Assembly (NCBI GenBank): GCA_965153355.1
Contig: OZ231126.1
Span: forward strand, 25,606,001-25,670,000
Direction of reading: 5' to 3'
Length of the DNA: 64,000 nt
Source of the DNA: Flaccisagitta enflata
Taxonomy: Eukaryota
Part shown: piece by piece, positions 28,171 to 44,054 of the stretch
Layout: each line of letters starts with the position of its first letter
How positions within the stretch are numbered: the stretch's first letter is position 1
Made by a program: the position numbers and the translations under genes
The notes under the pieces: generated by a model
Told to the model about the DNA's origin: nothing
What the model saw: the letters and a program-made list of their open reading frames with translations, nothing else
Databases searched by the model: none

Positions 28171-29676
28171 ATGGAAGAAAACGGAAACGATGGAGTCAAA
28201 TTAAACTACAATCGTCCCGAAAGAGGCCAAATTTCATCTTTGTCATCCGTTCAAAAAGCTGACGAAAACCTGCCCAAAAAAATGAAAAAGCGTGACCTCG
28301 ATCATGGAGAAGAAAATGAAGTTCACTCCTACTTCAAATGTGATCAGTGTCAATCTACCTTTTCCCGTATGAGCAGCCTGAATACTCACTTGAGACGGCA
28401 TACCGGAGGAAAACCATTTAAATGTGATCTATGCCCATCTACATTTTATGATAAAGGAGATTTAAAAAAGCATATGAGGATCCACACGGGAGAAAAACCT
28501 TTTAAATGTAACGCTTGTCCAGCCGCTTTTACTATGAGTGGTACTTTAACTTTGCATAAGCGACAGCACACGGGTGAAAAGCCGTTTAAATGCGAAATTT
28601 GTCCATCGGCCTTCTCCAGAAAGGATTCATTAACGGGTCACTTTAGAACACATACAAAAGAGAAACCATTCAAATGCCATTATTGTCCACATGCAGCTGC
28701 CACAAAAGGTACATTAAATAGTCACATCAGAACTCACACAGGAGAGAAACCCTTTCAGTGTAACGTTTGTCCCTCTGCATTTGCCAGTAGTACCAACTTA
28801 ACCATGCACAAAAGGACACATACAGGAGAAAAACCTTACAAATGCAAAATGTGTCCATCAGCTTTTCCTCAAGGTTCTCATCTAAAACGGCACATGAAGA
28901 TGCACAATGGAGAAAAGACTTTAAAGTGTAATTTTTGTCAATCTACATTTATTGATAAACAAATCTTGAAGCAACACCTTAAAATACATGTTGAGAAAAA
29001 ACTCTACCAATGTGATATCTGTCAGTCTTCTTTCTACCAGACCAGTGGTTTGAAATCACACCTCAGGACGCATGCGGAGGAAAAATTATTTCGATGTGAT
29101 CACTGTCCATCCACTTTCACTCACAGCCACTCTTTGAAAAAGCATTTGGAACTGCACACCAATGAAAAATCTTATCGATGCAGCATTTGCTCATCAGCAT
29201 TTGCCCAAGAAGCTGGTCTGAGAAGTCACATGAGGACTCACACGAAACCAAAATCATTTCAATGTGATGTCTGCAATACTGTTCTCGTCAGCAAACAGAG
29301 TTTAAAAGATCACATGAGAACTCACAATGGCGAAAAACCATTCCAATGCAAAATCTGTTTATTAACTTTTTCACAGATAAGTCATCTCAGGACACATGAG
29401 AAAAGACATAACATAAATCAAAGACCGCAATGTCAAATCTGTGAGACTGCATGCGCCGATAAATATGCCTTAAAGAAGCACATGCTTATGCACACGGAAG
29501 AAAAAGAGCTTCATTGTAACTTATGTTCATCAGCTTTCTCTCGCATTCAAAACATGAGAGAGCATATGAAGACACACACGGGTGAAAGATTGTTCCAGTG
29601 CAAGATATGCCCCTCAGCTTTTCCACAAGCAAACCATCTAAAAACTCATTTGAGAACGCATGAAAACCTTGAATAA
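28171..29676 (+). CDS. Tandem C2H2 zinc-finger protein, 16 fingers, about 501 aa, single coding exon
   Basis: Uninterrupted ORF from ATG 28171 (frame open from 28123). 16 C-x2-C-x12-H-x3-H units with TGEKP-type linkers. AATAAA near 29938. Confidence 0.93.
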   Translation: MEENGNDGVKLNYNRPERGQISSLSSVQKADENLPKKMKKRDLDHGEENEVHSYFKCDQCQSTFSRMSSLNTHLRRHTGGKPFKCDLCPSTFYDKGDLKKHMRIHTGEKPFKCNACPAAFTMSGTLTLHKRQHTGEKPFKCEICPSAFSRKDSLTGHFRTHTKEKPFKCHYCPHAAATKGTLNSHIRTHTGEKPFQCNVCPSAFASSTNLTMHKRTHTGEKPYKCKMCPSAFPQGSHLKRHMKMHNGEKTLKCNFCQSTFIDKQILKQHLKIHVEKKLYQCDICQSSFYQTSGLKSHLRTHAEEKLFRCDHCPSTFTHSHSLKKHLELHTNEKSYRCSICSSAFAQEAGLRSHMRTHTKPKSFQCDVCNTVLVSKQSLKDHMRTHNGEKPFQCKICLLTFSQISHLRTHEKRHNINQRPQCQICETACADKYALKKHMLMHTEEKELHCNLCSSAFSRIQNMREHMKTHTGERLFQCKICPSAFPQANHLKTHLRTHENLE

Positions 29677-30126
29677 GCAGATCATAGGCAGGGACTGCCA
29701 ACCCTGAAACATGGACAATCCATATTACTCAGCTTCCAGAGTGGACCCCCAAGGAAACAAGTATCTACACTTTTTTGGCCTATCCGTAGATATGGCTTTT
29801 ATTGTACATGACAATCTCGTACTGTCCTATCAAAAATTGTATTTCATTTCATTACTTAACTTTACATTATATCACATAATCATATTCTAGAGAAAAAAAC
29901 AAACAAAATTTGCTCAATTTAAGAAAATTCATCTTGTAATAAAAATCTATTTGTTTTTACTCATTGACAATTCTTCTTTTTATACGGATTGAGCTACAGA
30001 CAGATCTGAGATTGGCCCGAAATCAAACATTTCTCACTGTAAATTTTGGTCTGATACTAAAAAGATATCCTCGTTATACTCGATTTTGTGAGAACATGTA
30101 ATGGACTCGAAAATGTCGCGTAGCTA

Positions 30127-31334
30127 CAGGACGATGGGAGCAAAGACAACCTACTATCTTGGTCAAATTAAGAGTCCGGCATGTTATATTACATAGTGGG
30201 CAGATGATTCAAAAAAACATATGAAAATTGGTGACCATTGGAAAGCTCTGCAAAAATGCGATCTGATGCCACCAAGCAGAACTCTGTAGATCAATTTGTT
30301 TAGATTTTACAGCGAAAAGAGTTAAATGATTCCCCTTGATCTTTAGAGTGAAAATCATTGATTTCTGTCTTTGGAATTCCAGCAGCTTCATTTGGATATC
30401 TCCTATACATATCAATGATAAAAGCATAAGAAAATCGGTGACCGTTTTAAAGAGCTTCACAAGAGCTTTCATTTGCCACCAAGCAGAGCTCATTTGCTCA
30501 AACCGTTTAGATTTTACAACAAAATTAGTACAAGCCTTACCCAAAACCTAAGTAGCAAAAACAGATGAAAAAGTTGGGAAACCTGTCACACGCAAATCAA
30601 TGACACTGTTATATGAGACCAAAAAGATCACAATACAAGCATTATTTAGTGCCAAAATATGCTGAAATAAACTTTGGTTATAAGAGAAGAGGTTTTGCTG
30701 ATCAATATTCAAATATAGATAACTAAATCCAATCGCGAGGACTCTTAATTTGACCAAGATAGTAGACTGGAGGATAGATTTAAGATATCTTAATTTCATT
30801 TGATATATAAAAAAATAAAAATTTATGCTAATTAAAGGTTGCTCTATTGCTTGAATATATTGATTTCTCTCATTCTTCCACTTGTTACTTGACTTTATTA
30901 CAACTTCATATTCAATATTCTAACCTAGCTCATTAGATTGAGCTAAAAATTTTATATCACAAAAAAAAATAATAACTCAATCAGATCATTTTTAAAGGTT
31001 TTATGCCTGATTTAAGCTTTGCCCAGATATATATACATAATTATTCCTCTTGAAAAGTAACTATAAAATATGTAAAAATAGTCCAATTGAGCTGATTTTT
31101 TCTTCTCAAAATTCTATTAATTTTTAGCTCAATCTAATAGATTAGGTAAGAATGTTGAAAAATGAAATCCTAATGAAGTCAAGTCACAAGTTAAAGAATG
31201 GGAAAAACTAACATATTCAAGCAATGGAGCAGCTTTTAATTAGCATAGATCTCAATGTTTTTTATAAATCAAATGAAATTAAAATACTTAAAATCTATCC
31301 TCCAGTCTAGGTCGTCTTTGCTCCCATTGTACTG
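30127..31334. mobile_element. TA-targeting MITE with a second MITE (30765-31307) nested in its right TIR
   Basis: Left TIR CAGGACGATGGGAGCAAAGACAACCTACTATCTTGGTCAA. The right TIR is split at TA by GACTGGAGGATAGATTT ... AAATCTATCCTCCAGTC. Confidence 0.85.
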
Positions 31335-31856
31335 TAAAATATCTTAGTCATAAAAAGTGGTAGGGGATGACATAAACAAACATGCCCTGGCCCAGATTAC
31401 ATTGTGTCCCTTAGATTGAAAGTATAAATCATTAAAAATATGAATCACTGTACATCTAGATATAGTTTGTCATTATCAGCTGATAATGGAGGGATTTGTG
31501 AACTTTTTGAGGGGGAAGGGATTTACATCATCTTGTATCAAATCCATATCGCCCTTTTGTATATGTTTGATTGCACTCTATGCTTACAATAAATGTCTTT
31601 ATTTCTTGAAGTTTTTGAAATCTTCAGTTGAACCGTAATGTAAACCAATAATTAGGAACTATTTTCTTCCTAATCTTCTTTGATTCATGACATGCGTCCT
31701 TGCGTCTTTATGAGAGTGTCTGTTTCAAGATTGGTCGATCTATATGTCTGTTACGCCACTTCAAAAATGGTAGACAGTTTAGTCGACGTTTAATAACCGC
31801 GAGAATTATATTTCTCAAATCCGGTGCCGCAAAGATCGTCATTCATCAATCATCTA

Positions 31857-32266
31857 CCACACGGATAAAATAAAAAAGACGCACTTTCAAATGGCTAATT
31901 CTGCCTATGAATTTTCATAAAACTCAATTAAATCATAGACCATTTGAAAGCCCTTCAAAAGTATTTTCATTTGGCGTCAATCTGGTTATTTTATCTTTTT
32001 TCGTTTAGATTTGGCATTAGTTTGAGTGAAAACTTTGCCCATTCCAGTTTTACAATCCTTATGTAAAATTGCATTTTTGCAAGTTAGTGCTTCTCTTTGC
32101 AGGGCTCTAGCTTCTAAACTGTTTGAGATACAGACCTGGGATTAGTCTAGATTGAAAGATCTTTTGAAAATCTTTCAAAATGACTCAATTCAAAAATGTA
32201 CAAATAGTTTTTTGTATCTGTCTCATGAATAGGTAAGGAGGTGCGTCTTTTTTTTTAGTCGAGTTG
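31857..32266. mobile_element. Degenerate TA-flanked MITE
   Basis: ...AAAAAAGACGCAC versus GTGCGTCTTTTTT... inverted ends, imperfect. Confidence 0.55.
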
Positions 32267-33621
32267 TATCATCATTCATCTATCATTCTATCATTAATCG
32301 ATGTATCGTTACCTGACCGGGATGATTAAAATCTTTTCCCCGTACATCAATTTCCCCCTTCCACATATTTTTCCGCTGCCTCATCTTCATTCTGCATCTT
32401 AGTTCTAGATATCATCTCAGTCAAACCCTTCTTCATTTTTCCACTACTCGCTCGCTTCACACACTCTCCCTACCGACACCTCCAGAAGAAAGGAGAAAGG
32501 ATCTAGAAGGCATGAGGCAAAGAAGGCTCCGTCTGGATTTACTTTCTACCGCTCTGCCGGACGCCGAAGGAGATGGGAAGCCGGTCGTCCAGCACCATCC
32601 GACAACACCTCCACATCCTTTGGTCACTACCAACACTGCCGCCTTTAGAAACGCCGCTGCCCACGCTACGCAGCCTCAGCCATCGGGCACCGCCGGTTCA
32701 GAGCAATAGCTCCACCCACGCCGCCGCCGCCGCCTACAACTTTTTGTATCGTCGGCCGCGGTTGCAGTTGCCGCCGCCGACTCTGCCACGATCAACTTCA
32801 CCGCTTCTGACAGACGCCTCCACAAGACGCCTCCAACGAGGCAACCGACTTCAAATCCACCAACGCAATTGACTCCTTGTTACTTCATATTCTCCCTCCG
32901 CTTCTTTCCCCCCCCCCTTTTCAGCGACTGATAGCACGATGACGTAGATATAGTCATAATTACTTCTTACTTAGCAATTCCTCTGAAATGTGTAGAGTTC
33001 ATCGTAGCGTCTTGGGTAGTTTGTCAGTCCTCACTCAGCCTTATCCGGCCCAAACGAACAACCACCGCATCATTATTGATGAACCAACATCATTTAAACC
33101 AGAACCACCTCGTGACTAGGCCACAGCTCATCATAGATGGCTTCACAACAGTGATTACATCTCTGTCACATCACCGATAAGGCGATAACACCAATGGCAA
33201 TGTCATACATCCTGCTTATTAATGGCGCCACATTCAGATATACCCAAGCCCCATTCACAATTCTGCGACAGCCCCACGTCCAATGATACCAGATCTAGAG
33301 CTCCATCGCCATAAAAACTTATCCTCCCTCTCCATTTGCCTTTTTTCCGCCTGGTTTGTCGGCTTTTGTCGGTCTGTTCCGTCGGCCTGGTTTTGTCGGC
33401 GGCTGCGAAGGATTTACTGTTGTTTTTACAACTCTTCCGCGCCTTTGGAATCGATACAACTTTTCTTCTGTTTCTCCTCCTTCGCGCGGATCTCAGCCTT
33501 TCTTTACGACCTTTTCTTTCTCTTTTGCAGCCTTCTATATGGATCTTTCTCTTTTTTTCCCTTTTTTTTTTCTTTCTTTCTTTCTTTCTTTCTCTCTTTC
33601 TTTCTTTCTTTCTTTCTTCCC

Positions 33622-33674
33622 TTTTTGGGCAGCGGCCCCAAAGGGCCGATGTCCTGTAGGACACAGGGGTGAAT

Positions 33675-33706
<32 letters not shown>

Positions 33707-35520
33707 GTCCGTCCGTCCGTCCGTCCGTCCGTACGTACGTCCGTACGTCCCCCCCTAAAGCTTCTGAATTCTCAAATTCCCATTGAATAACATGGGAAAA
33801 TGACAAAATGCTAACTTCCCATTGAATAACATGGGAAAATAACAAAATTCAAGCTTCACATTGAATAACATGGGTAAACGACAAAATACAACTTGGAAAA
33901 ATTACATAAAATGGAAAAATACATATATCCCATCCAATAACATGGAAATTTAACAAAAAATGAAAAAAATTGCAAAAATTGCAATGGGATTACATGGAAA
34001 ATTGATAAACAAGTCATCCAAGGATCGCACATGGTCAGCGGTACCCGATGCCCTGCTTGGAGTGATTAGCTGAAGAAGTAGAGTGAAAGCAGGGCAGCGG
34101 CCCAAACGGGCCAATGTCCCGTAGGACACAGAGGTGAATTTCCATATGTCCTGAGAGGGCATATTTGAGGCCTTAGTGGCAATTTTCCATAATAATCAAT
34201 AGGAATTTTGCATTTTTTTAAATTCTTTTGTCAATTTTCCATGTTAATCGATGGGAAACATGCATTTTTTTGCGTTTTTGTAAGTTTTCCATGTTATTCA
34301 ATGGTAAGTTTGGATTTTGACAATTTCCCATCTTATCCGATGGGAATTTGAGGCTTGAGAAGGGGGATGTACGGACGTACAGACGTACGGACGGACGTAT
34401 GGAAATTCACCCCTGTGTCCTACAGGACATCGGCCCTTTGGGGCCGCTGCCCAAAAAGGAAATTCTCTAGAAAATTAACAGGAATTTGTAAAAAATATAG
34501 AACTCCCATTGAATATCATGGAAAATTGCCTGAAAATTGCCCAAGGGCCTGAAATATGCCTTCTCAGGACGTAAGGAAATTCACCCCTTTGTCCTACAGG
34601 ACATCGGCCCTTTGAGGCCGCTGCCCTGCTCTCACTCCACTTCTTCAGCTGATCACTCCAAGCAGGGCATTGGGTACCGCTGACCATGTACAATCCTTGG
34701 ATGACTTGTTTCTTTTTGGGCAGCGGCCCTGGAGGCTTTTCAGACCCCAAATTAGACCCCTCAGACCCAAATAAGGCCTTTCAGACCCCAAATCAAGCCT
34801 TTCAGACTCCAAACCACGCCTCTCACACCTTAAATCAGACCTCTCAGAGCCAAAATCAGGCCTCTCAGCCCTCCAAACCAGCTACTCAAACTGGAGAAAA
34901 TTGTCCTATGTGGAATCATAGGTCATCGGCCCCTCTGGGGCCGCTGCCCCTCTCATAATCTCCTTCCCACATACACTAACTTAGGGGCATCGGGTACCGC
35001 TGACCATTTAACGCTTTTGCGACTTTTTGGGCAGCGGCCCCAAAGGGCCGATGTCCTGTAGAACACAGGGGGGAATTTCGAGACGTTCGTCCGTCCTTCC
35101 GTCCTTCCGTCCTTCCGTCCTTCCGTCCCCTGGACCATCAAGGCCTCAACAGCCTCCAGGACTCAATTTAGCCCTCAGGCCTAAATCAGCCCTCTTGGCT
35201 TTAAATCAGCCCTCCTCCCATGCCCTAAATCTGCCTCCAGACCTCAAATCTGCCCTCCAGACCTTCAATCAGCCCTCCCCAGCCCTCCAACATAACCCTC
35301 CTCAAATCTGCTCTCCAAGCCTAATTATGCCCTCCAACCCTCAGATATGCCTTCAGTGGCATAAATCAGCATCTAGAGCCCTCAGGATGGACGGACGTCT
35401 CGAAATTCCTCTAGCCTACAGGACATCGGCTTGTGCCATGCCCTGCTCTCACTTCTCTTTCTTCCTGGATCACTCAGCAGGCATCGGGTACCACTGACCA
35501 CAAAGGATCCTTATGACTTT
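33622..35520. mobile_element. Cluster of nested and tandem family-B HINE-like repeats
   Basis: Repeated GGGCAGCGGCCCCAAAGGGCCGATGTCC units in both orientations, with (GTCC)n and GGGTACCGCTGACCA. Confidence 0.7.
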
Positions 35521-36030
35521 TTTCTTTTCCTTTCTTTCTTTTCTTTTCTTTTCTTTCTTTTCTTTCTTTCTTTCTTTCTTTCTTTTCTGACCATTCAATT
35601 TTTGTTTCTTTCTTTGACCATTAATTCTTTCTTTCTTTCTTTTACCATTCAATAATTCATTCATTCATTCATACATTCATTCATTCATTCATTCATTCGT
35701 TCATACATTCATTCATTCATTCATTCATTCATTCATTTCATCATTTATCAATCACTCTCATTGACTTTGTATTCTTTTCCTTACTATTTATGATTTTATC
35801 TCCTCAGTAAGGAGTCCTCACTCCCCCAGCCCCCCTTCCTCTGACCCTGTTTAAAAACTCTCCCCCCTCTTTTCTCCCTTTTCCGTCTATCCCCCCTTTC
35901 TGCCCCATAACTCTCTGAAGATGCCGTTTAATATAATAATAACGAGCGACAAGCAGTTTCGTCTCTCTCTTTCTCGATCATTTTCACGTTATTATTCGTC
36001 TTTCAAATCTTGTCTATCTTCTACCGTCTC

Positions 36031-36107
36031 ATTGGTTTGTTCCATATCACCCAATGACGTCACAATGAATATCCTCCATCGTGATTGGTCCAGATGAAGT
36101 GACGTCA
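36031..36107. promoter_or_regulatory. Cluster of two CRE palindromes and three CCAAT boxes
   Basis: TGACGTCA at 36055 and 36100; ATTGG at 36031 and 36084; CCAAT at 36051. Confidence 0.45.
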
Positions 36108-36221
36108 CAAAGCTTCTTCTTTTTTCTCTATTCGGTCCTGGCGATGGCTAAAGTGAGATTTATTGTCTCTTTGCCGATTCCAAATGGAAAGGAAATTGTC
36201 CCGTTTCGCGAGGGAACTGGG

Positions 36222-36560
36222 AAAGCTCCCAAGTATGGAATTGGTGAAGAAAGAGTTGGAGGGAGAATGGCGATCGCTCCTTTGTATGGATTTGGGGAAG
36301 GGAGAGTGGGTGAAAGAACGGACTGAATAGCAAATTGGCAATGGCTCCTGTATGTGGAATTGGTGAAGAGAGAGCGGGTGAGAGAATGGTGAGGGCTGAG
36401 AATGGAATAGGTAAAGGGAGAGTGGGTGGGAAAATGGCGGCGACTCCTAAGTATGGAATTGGTGAAGGGAGAGAGGGCTGTGTATGGAATTGGTGAAGGG
36501 AGAGTGGGTGGGAAAATGGCAAGGGCTCCTGTGTATGAAATTGGTGATATGAGATTGGGC
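36222..36560 (+). repeat. Degenerate purine-rich tandem repeat (GCTCCTGTGTATGGAATTGGTGAAGGGAGAGTGGGTG core)
   Basis: The core recurs about 7 times with variable spacing. Confidence 0.75.
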
Positions 36561-37360
36561 GAGAGAACTAGTAGGGTGAATTTGTGAGGGACTTTTATGG
36601 GCTCATGAATATGAAACTCATGCATGGAAAGTTGGTTTGGGATCTGAGAGGGAACTGGGATTGGCGATGTGACAGTCAAGGAGAGGCAGAGGGAAGGGAA
36701 TTGGGGTAGAATTGCTGAGTGTACACGAAAAAGATGGGCGTCTGGGTTATGGTGAAATATTGTGCTAGGGTTTTGGAAGAATGAGTAAATAAGCATGTTT
36801 GCCTGCAGAGAACAGATCTCCGTATGTGTGTAGAAGCTATCTGCTATCTAGGATGTTGTATAGCTGTAGCGTTAGGCTACTGAGCGTTTTTCAATCATTT
36901 TCAATCAATTCGTTTAAAAAATGTGGATTGCGAGGCCGTCATCTAACGTTGGTAAGTGGCAAATGCGCTAATGCACCATTTTACGACTCGGTCATTTGCG
37001 TCTACAAATCCGTAAACTCAGCTTGTTCCTGACTAGCTCCCTTTCAAGTCGGAAGTGAACATTACATCACAATTGGCGCGTTGCAAGCGGGAAATTTTTA
37101 CGATAGTCTTAACGGAAGTTTTGACGGTAGTTTTACGGGTTGACGACGATAACAACACGGATGCAGTAACAAACGGACGACATCGAATGAACAATGTGAC
37201 AATTGCCGTCATCGTCTGATAATATGACAATTATGAGACTTGATCCGGCAACAACTTTAATCATTACGAGGCGACGCTACGACGACCGAGACCGAGTTCC
37301 CGAAATGTGACAATTATACGATCGTTACCGGCGGAATCGGATGAATTACTGCCGTGGTGG

Positions 37361-37401
<41 letters not shown>

Positions 37402-37437
37402 ACTTCGTCCTAAGCAAAAAAGGATAAACAAACCAAT

Positions 37438-39312
<1,875 letters not shown>

Positions 39313-39654
39313 GTGAGTCTGTGGCTGGGACTTGAGCCTCGAGGGTGGGATTTAAGCCTCGAAGCTGGGATTTTAGCCTTGAAGCTAGGATTTGAGCCTT
39401 GAGGCTGGGATTTGAGCTTCAAGTTTGGGATTTGAGCCTCAATGCTAGGATTTAATTCTCTAGGCTGGGATTTGAGCTTTTAGGCTAGGATTTGAGCCTC
39501 AGTTGGGATGTGAGCCTCGAGGTTGGGATGTGAGACTTGAGGTTGGGATTTGAGCCTCGAGGCGAGGGGTATAGTAGTAATGTTGGTGGGTAGGGACAGC
39601 GCCCTGTATCTGGCCTTATTTGTTGTACATTTTATTACAATGATTATGCTATAG

Positions 39655-40133
39655 CGAGGTGCACACCGATTGTGAAGTTGGACTGTACACGGCGTTCGAG
39701 GAGGTGTTCCCCGGTATCAAGGTTCGCCTCTGTTACTTTCATATAACAAAGGCGATCAAGGACAAGAAGTCAAAGGTCGGCCTTATCCCACTGGTGAAAG
39801 GCAACGTCAGTCTCCGAAGATGGTTGGCTCAAGCCCAAACCATTTTTCGGTTTCCACCCGCGCTCATTCCGAGAATATGGCAATTGATGTGGTCCTTCGT
39901 TGACGACGAAATGCGGAACAACAATCTCGTGCTCCGGATTAAATCGTATCTTGAACAAATTTGGATTCATACCTCTTTCCCAATCATGCCTGGTCTGCCC
40001 AAGTACGATCCCATGAAAACCAACATGTGGGACGTCAGGGAACTCACAAACACCAACAACTTCTCCGAAACAAACATGTTTCGCTACAAACAACGTTTCG
40101 GTTGCAGTCCCAACATCTTCAAATTTGCTTCAA
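39655..40133 (+). pseudogene. MULE transposase exon 2, copy 2 (catalytic Glu intact)
   Basis: Same splice sites as copy 1; HTDCE, CYFH, TNTNNFSET and PNIFKF motifs. Confidence 0.9.
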
Positions 40134-40313
40134 GTAAGTGAACATAATGGGTTTATTGAAAATTAAAAATTACTGTGTAAATGATAACAATAACAACAAC
40201 AATAACAACAACAATAACAACAATATCTACAACAACAACAACAACGACAACGACGACGACAACGACAACAACAACAATAACAACGACAACAACGATAACA
40301 ACGACAACAACAA

Positions 40314-40344
<31 letters not shown>

Positions 40345-40476
40345 AACAACAACAACAACAACGATAGCAATATCAACAACAACAACGATAACAACAACAA
40401 CGATAACAACAACAACGATAACAACAACAACGATAACAACAACAACGATAACAACAACGATAACAACAACAACGAT

Positions 40477-40565
<89 letters not shown>

Positions 40566-43033
40566 CCGCCATATAGTCACATAATCAAATAAAGACATAG
40601 TTACGGTAAGGAATTGACCCTTATGGTGACAAAAAATGTATGTCAGTTATATTTTAGACCGACTGATGGGCCAAATGATAGACCAATAAAGGGTGGTCCA
40701 ATAAAGTATTTTTTTACCTCATAACTTGAATAACAATTTTTTTAGTTTATATCGTTTTTCTAAACAAAATAGGTTTTCTTATTTTTTCATTTGCTGAAAA
40801 TTGTTTATAATTTACAACAAATCAAATATTTATAGTTCAATCTAAACACCATTGAAAGTTCCAAAGGCTCTCGTGCTTTGGTATCTTCCACATAGTTTTT
40901 TATCAAAATTTAATGATTTTTAGTCACGTGCACGCGACTCTACAACCCGCTTTGTCCATCGGTTAGTCGGTCGGTTGGTCACACTTTACTTTTTTTATGA
41001 TTTTATTACTTTGACCTCCCTGCTCCTGCCCAAATGGTCAGGTGACCTCAAATATGGCCCCTGCCCACCCGCACGCGACTTAGGTAGCCGTGTATCCGGC
41101 CTTGTTAATAGTTGTATCATCATAGAATATTCAAAACAAAAATAAATTCTAGTTTGGTTTTTTTTTTTTTTTTTTGCCACCCGTCACCAAGAAGAGATGT
41201 GTGCACATGACTTAAATGGAAGCACGGCTATCCCAATGATGTGTGGGTGGGCAGGGGCTGAATTGAAGGTCACTAGCGCATTTTGGCAGAAGCAGTGAGA
41301 TCCAAGAATAAAACAAGGCCGGATACACGGGCCAAGACGGTGCGCCGGGCGTTATTAATTCCTAGACCTATTTCTAGCTCTATCTGACCTACCCCTAGCT
41401 CTATTAGACCTATCCTGAGCTCTATCAGACCTATCCCGAGCTCTATCACACCTATTCCGAGCTCTATCAGACCTATCCCGAGCTCTATTAGACCTATCCC
41501 AAGCCCTATTAGACCTATCCCGAGCTCTATCAGACCTATCCCAGGCACTATAAGACCTATCCCGAGCTCTATCAGACCAATCCCGAGCTCTATCAGATCT
41601 ATCCCGAGCTCTATTTGACCTATCCGACCTATCAATAGCTCAATCAGACCTATCCCCTGCTTTATCAGACCTATACCCAGACTTATTCGACCTATCACCA
41701 GTTTTATCAGACATATCCCCACCTTGATCAGACCTAATTGTAGCTGATTATTTTAGTGAATGAAGTGACGAGTATCATCAATGATGAACGTAATGAGTTT
41801 TCAATTGATTTCAAATATTTTTTGAAATATTTCATCTGATCGTCACCGACAGATGGACGGACAAACAGACAGAGCCTCTTATAGAAGTGCTATGGCGCAC
41901 CAAAAAATCATCGACGCATATTTCTGAATCATTTCCAGTGATTTTTGCTTTTTAATTGCGGACACGCAACTCTATAAGAGGTTTTGTCCGTCCGTCCGTC
42001 CGTCCGTCCGTCCGTCGGCTGGTCCGTCACGCTAGAGTTGAAAACGCGAGAAACGCGCATTTTACGATGCTGCAGCTGTCATAGAATGTGTGTGGGTGTA
42101 TGTTAGTGTGTGGGAAGGGGGTTTTGGCGAGGCTGGGGGTTGGCTGCCCCTGCCCACCTTCCGCAACGATATTGTGACCCCCGCGTCACTTGTTTTCCGA
42201 GAATTTCAACTCTAGCGTTACGTGACGTGACGGACAGAGCCTCTTATAGAGGTGCTGTGGCGCACCTAAAAAGACATAAAAGCAAAATATGACTGACCAA
42301 CGGACGTACAAACTGGAATGAAGATTTGCATAGCACGCAACTGAAAATAGAACAAGGCCAGATAGACTGCTACCCCAATTGCGTGCGGGTGGGAAGGGGC
42401 AGTATTTGAGTTACTGGATCATTTGGGCAGGAGTAGTGAAACCAAAGGTCGCAACAACATAACGTAAAATGGGGACTGACCTATCGACCGACCAACGGAC
42501 GGACATAGCGGGAGTAGAGTCGCGTAGCACGCAACTAAAAAAAACATTGTCTCCCAAAAACAACAAATCTGACTGCAACGGAACTCCGCCTAAAACAAAT
42601 TAACGGTCTCTTTAACGATTTTTTTTCATCTTTCATGTAACAGAAGCGTACAAAATCTATGTTTTCCCACAACGCAATAAAACAGTATATTATAAGTTTT
42701 AACACCAAAACTGTTCAATCATTAAAGCAGCCCCAAAAGGGGACGAAGTCCTGTAGACTGACGGACGGACCGACGGACTGACGGACTGACAAAGCAGAGT
42801 GTAGAATCGCGTAGCACGCCACTAAAAAAAGTGTATGTGTGTGGGTTTGGGGGCATTGGGTTTGGATGGGGTTGAATGCCCCTGCCCACCCATCCGCAAC
42901 AATGTTGTGATCCCGGGTCACTCATTATCTTTGCTCCTGCTCAAATGCTCAAACATACTTTTGAGGTCAGCTTATGACAAATATAACTCTAGATAAATAT
43001 TATGATCTTATCCATCTTGTGCTTTCTTTCCAG

Positions 43034-43487
43034 AGGTTCAGCGTGAGGTTGAGCTGATTCACCAGCGGCTGGTAACGATCGACGACCATCCAAAAGTTCC
43101 CAACCCTCGAACCGCTGAACTTTTTGCGAGTCGCCATCGTTGGAAAATGGAGCTTCAAACGGCGATTGAAAGAGGTGGTGTGACGGATGACGCTCTTATG
43201 CAAGCGATGGATGAAATCCTTTGAATGAATCGCGCCGCTCGTCATGCTAAGAAATCATGTCAACAAGGCAACGTGGCACGTCCAGAGCAAGCTAACGCCA
43301 ATGAGGATGAACACGCTGAAGGGACGAGCGAGCAATCCGACGGAGTGTTGATGGACGAGCAGATGGAGGAAGCGATGGACGACGTAGACGAGACTATTGA
43401 TGATCTGATGGACGATTCGATTGACGAGCTTATGGATGATGCGATTGACGAACTTATGGATGAATCCATTGATGAGCTCGAAGTTCT

Positions 43488-43580
<93 letters not shown>

Positions 43581-43964
43581 CGCTGATCAGATAGACTCGA
43601 CATCGACAACGGAACATTCCGTGGCTGCAACTGTTTCCTGCGTCGAACAACAAGACCATGATGGTGAAATGGCGCAACAAACTAACAATGCGCGGGTTGC
43701 TGCGATCGAGGAAGATGAAGAGGAGGAGGATGAAGATGAGGAAGAACTACGGGAGCGTGAAAAACAACTACAACAACAGAAGCAAAAGCGGCAAAAAAGA
43801 CTTCGACGACGGCAAGAACAGCAACAAATGCTGCCCCAACAACAACGACAGCAACGTCAGCGGAAAAATCAACCCAAGTCTTCTCAGCAACAGCAAATTC
43901 AGCCAGACTGTACGGGACAACCGGATGAAAATCAAGAATCCACCCCGCAAAGCAGTGATACGCC

Positions 43965-44054
<90 letters not shown>

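Noticed and set aside
37073-37095. TGGCGCG as an LTR primer-binding site
   Set aside because: No LTR pair was found, and the downstream ORF is esterase-type rather than gag/pol.
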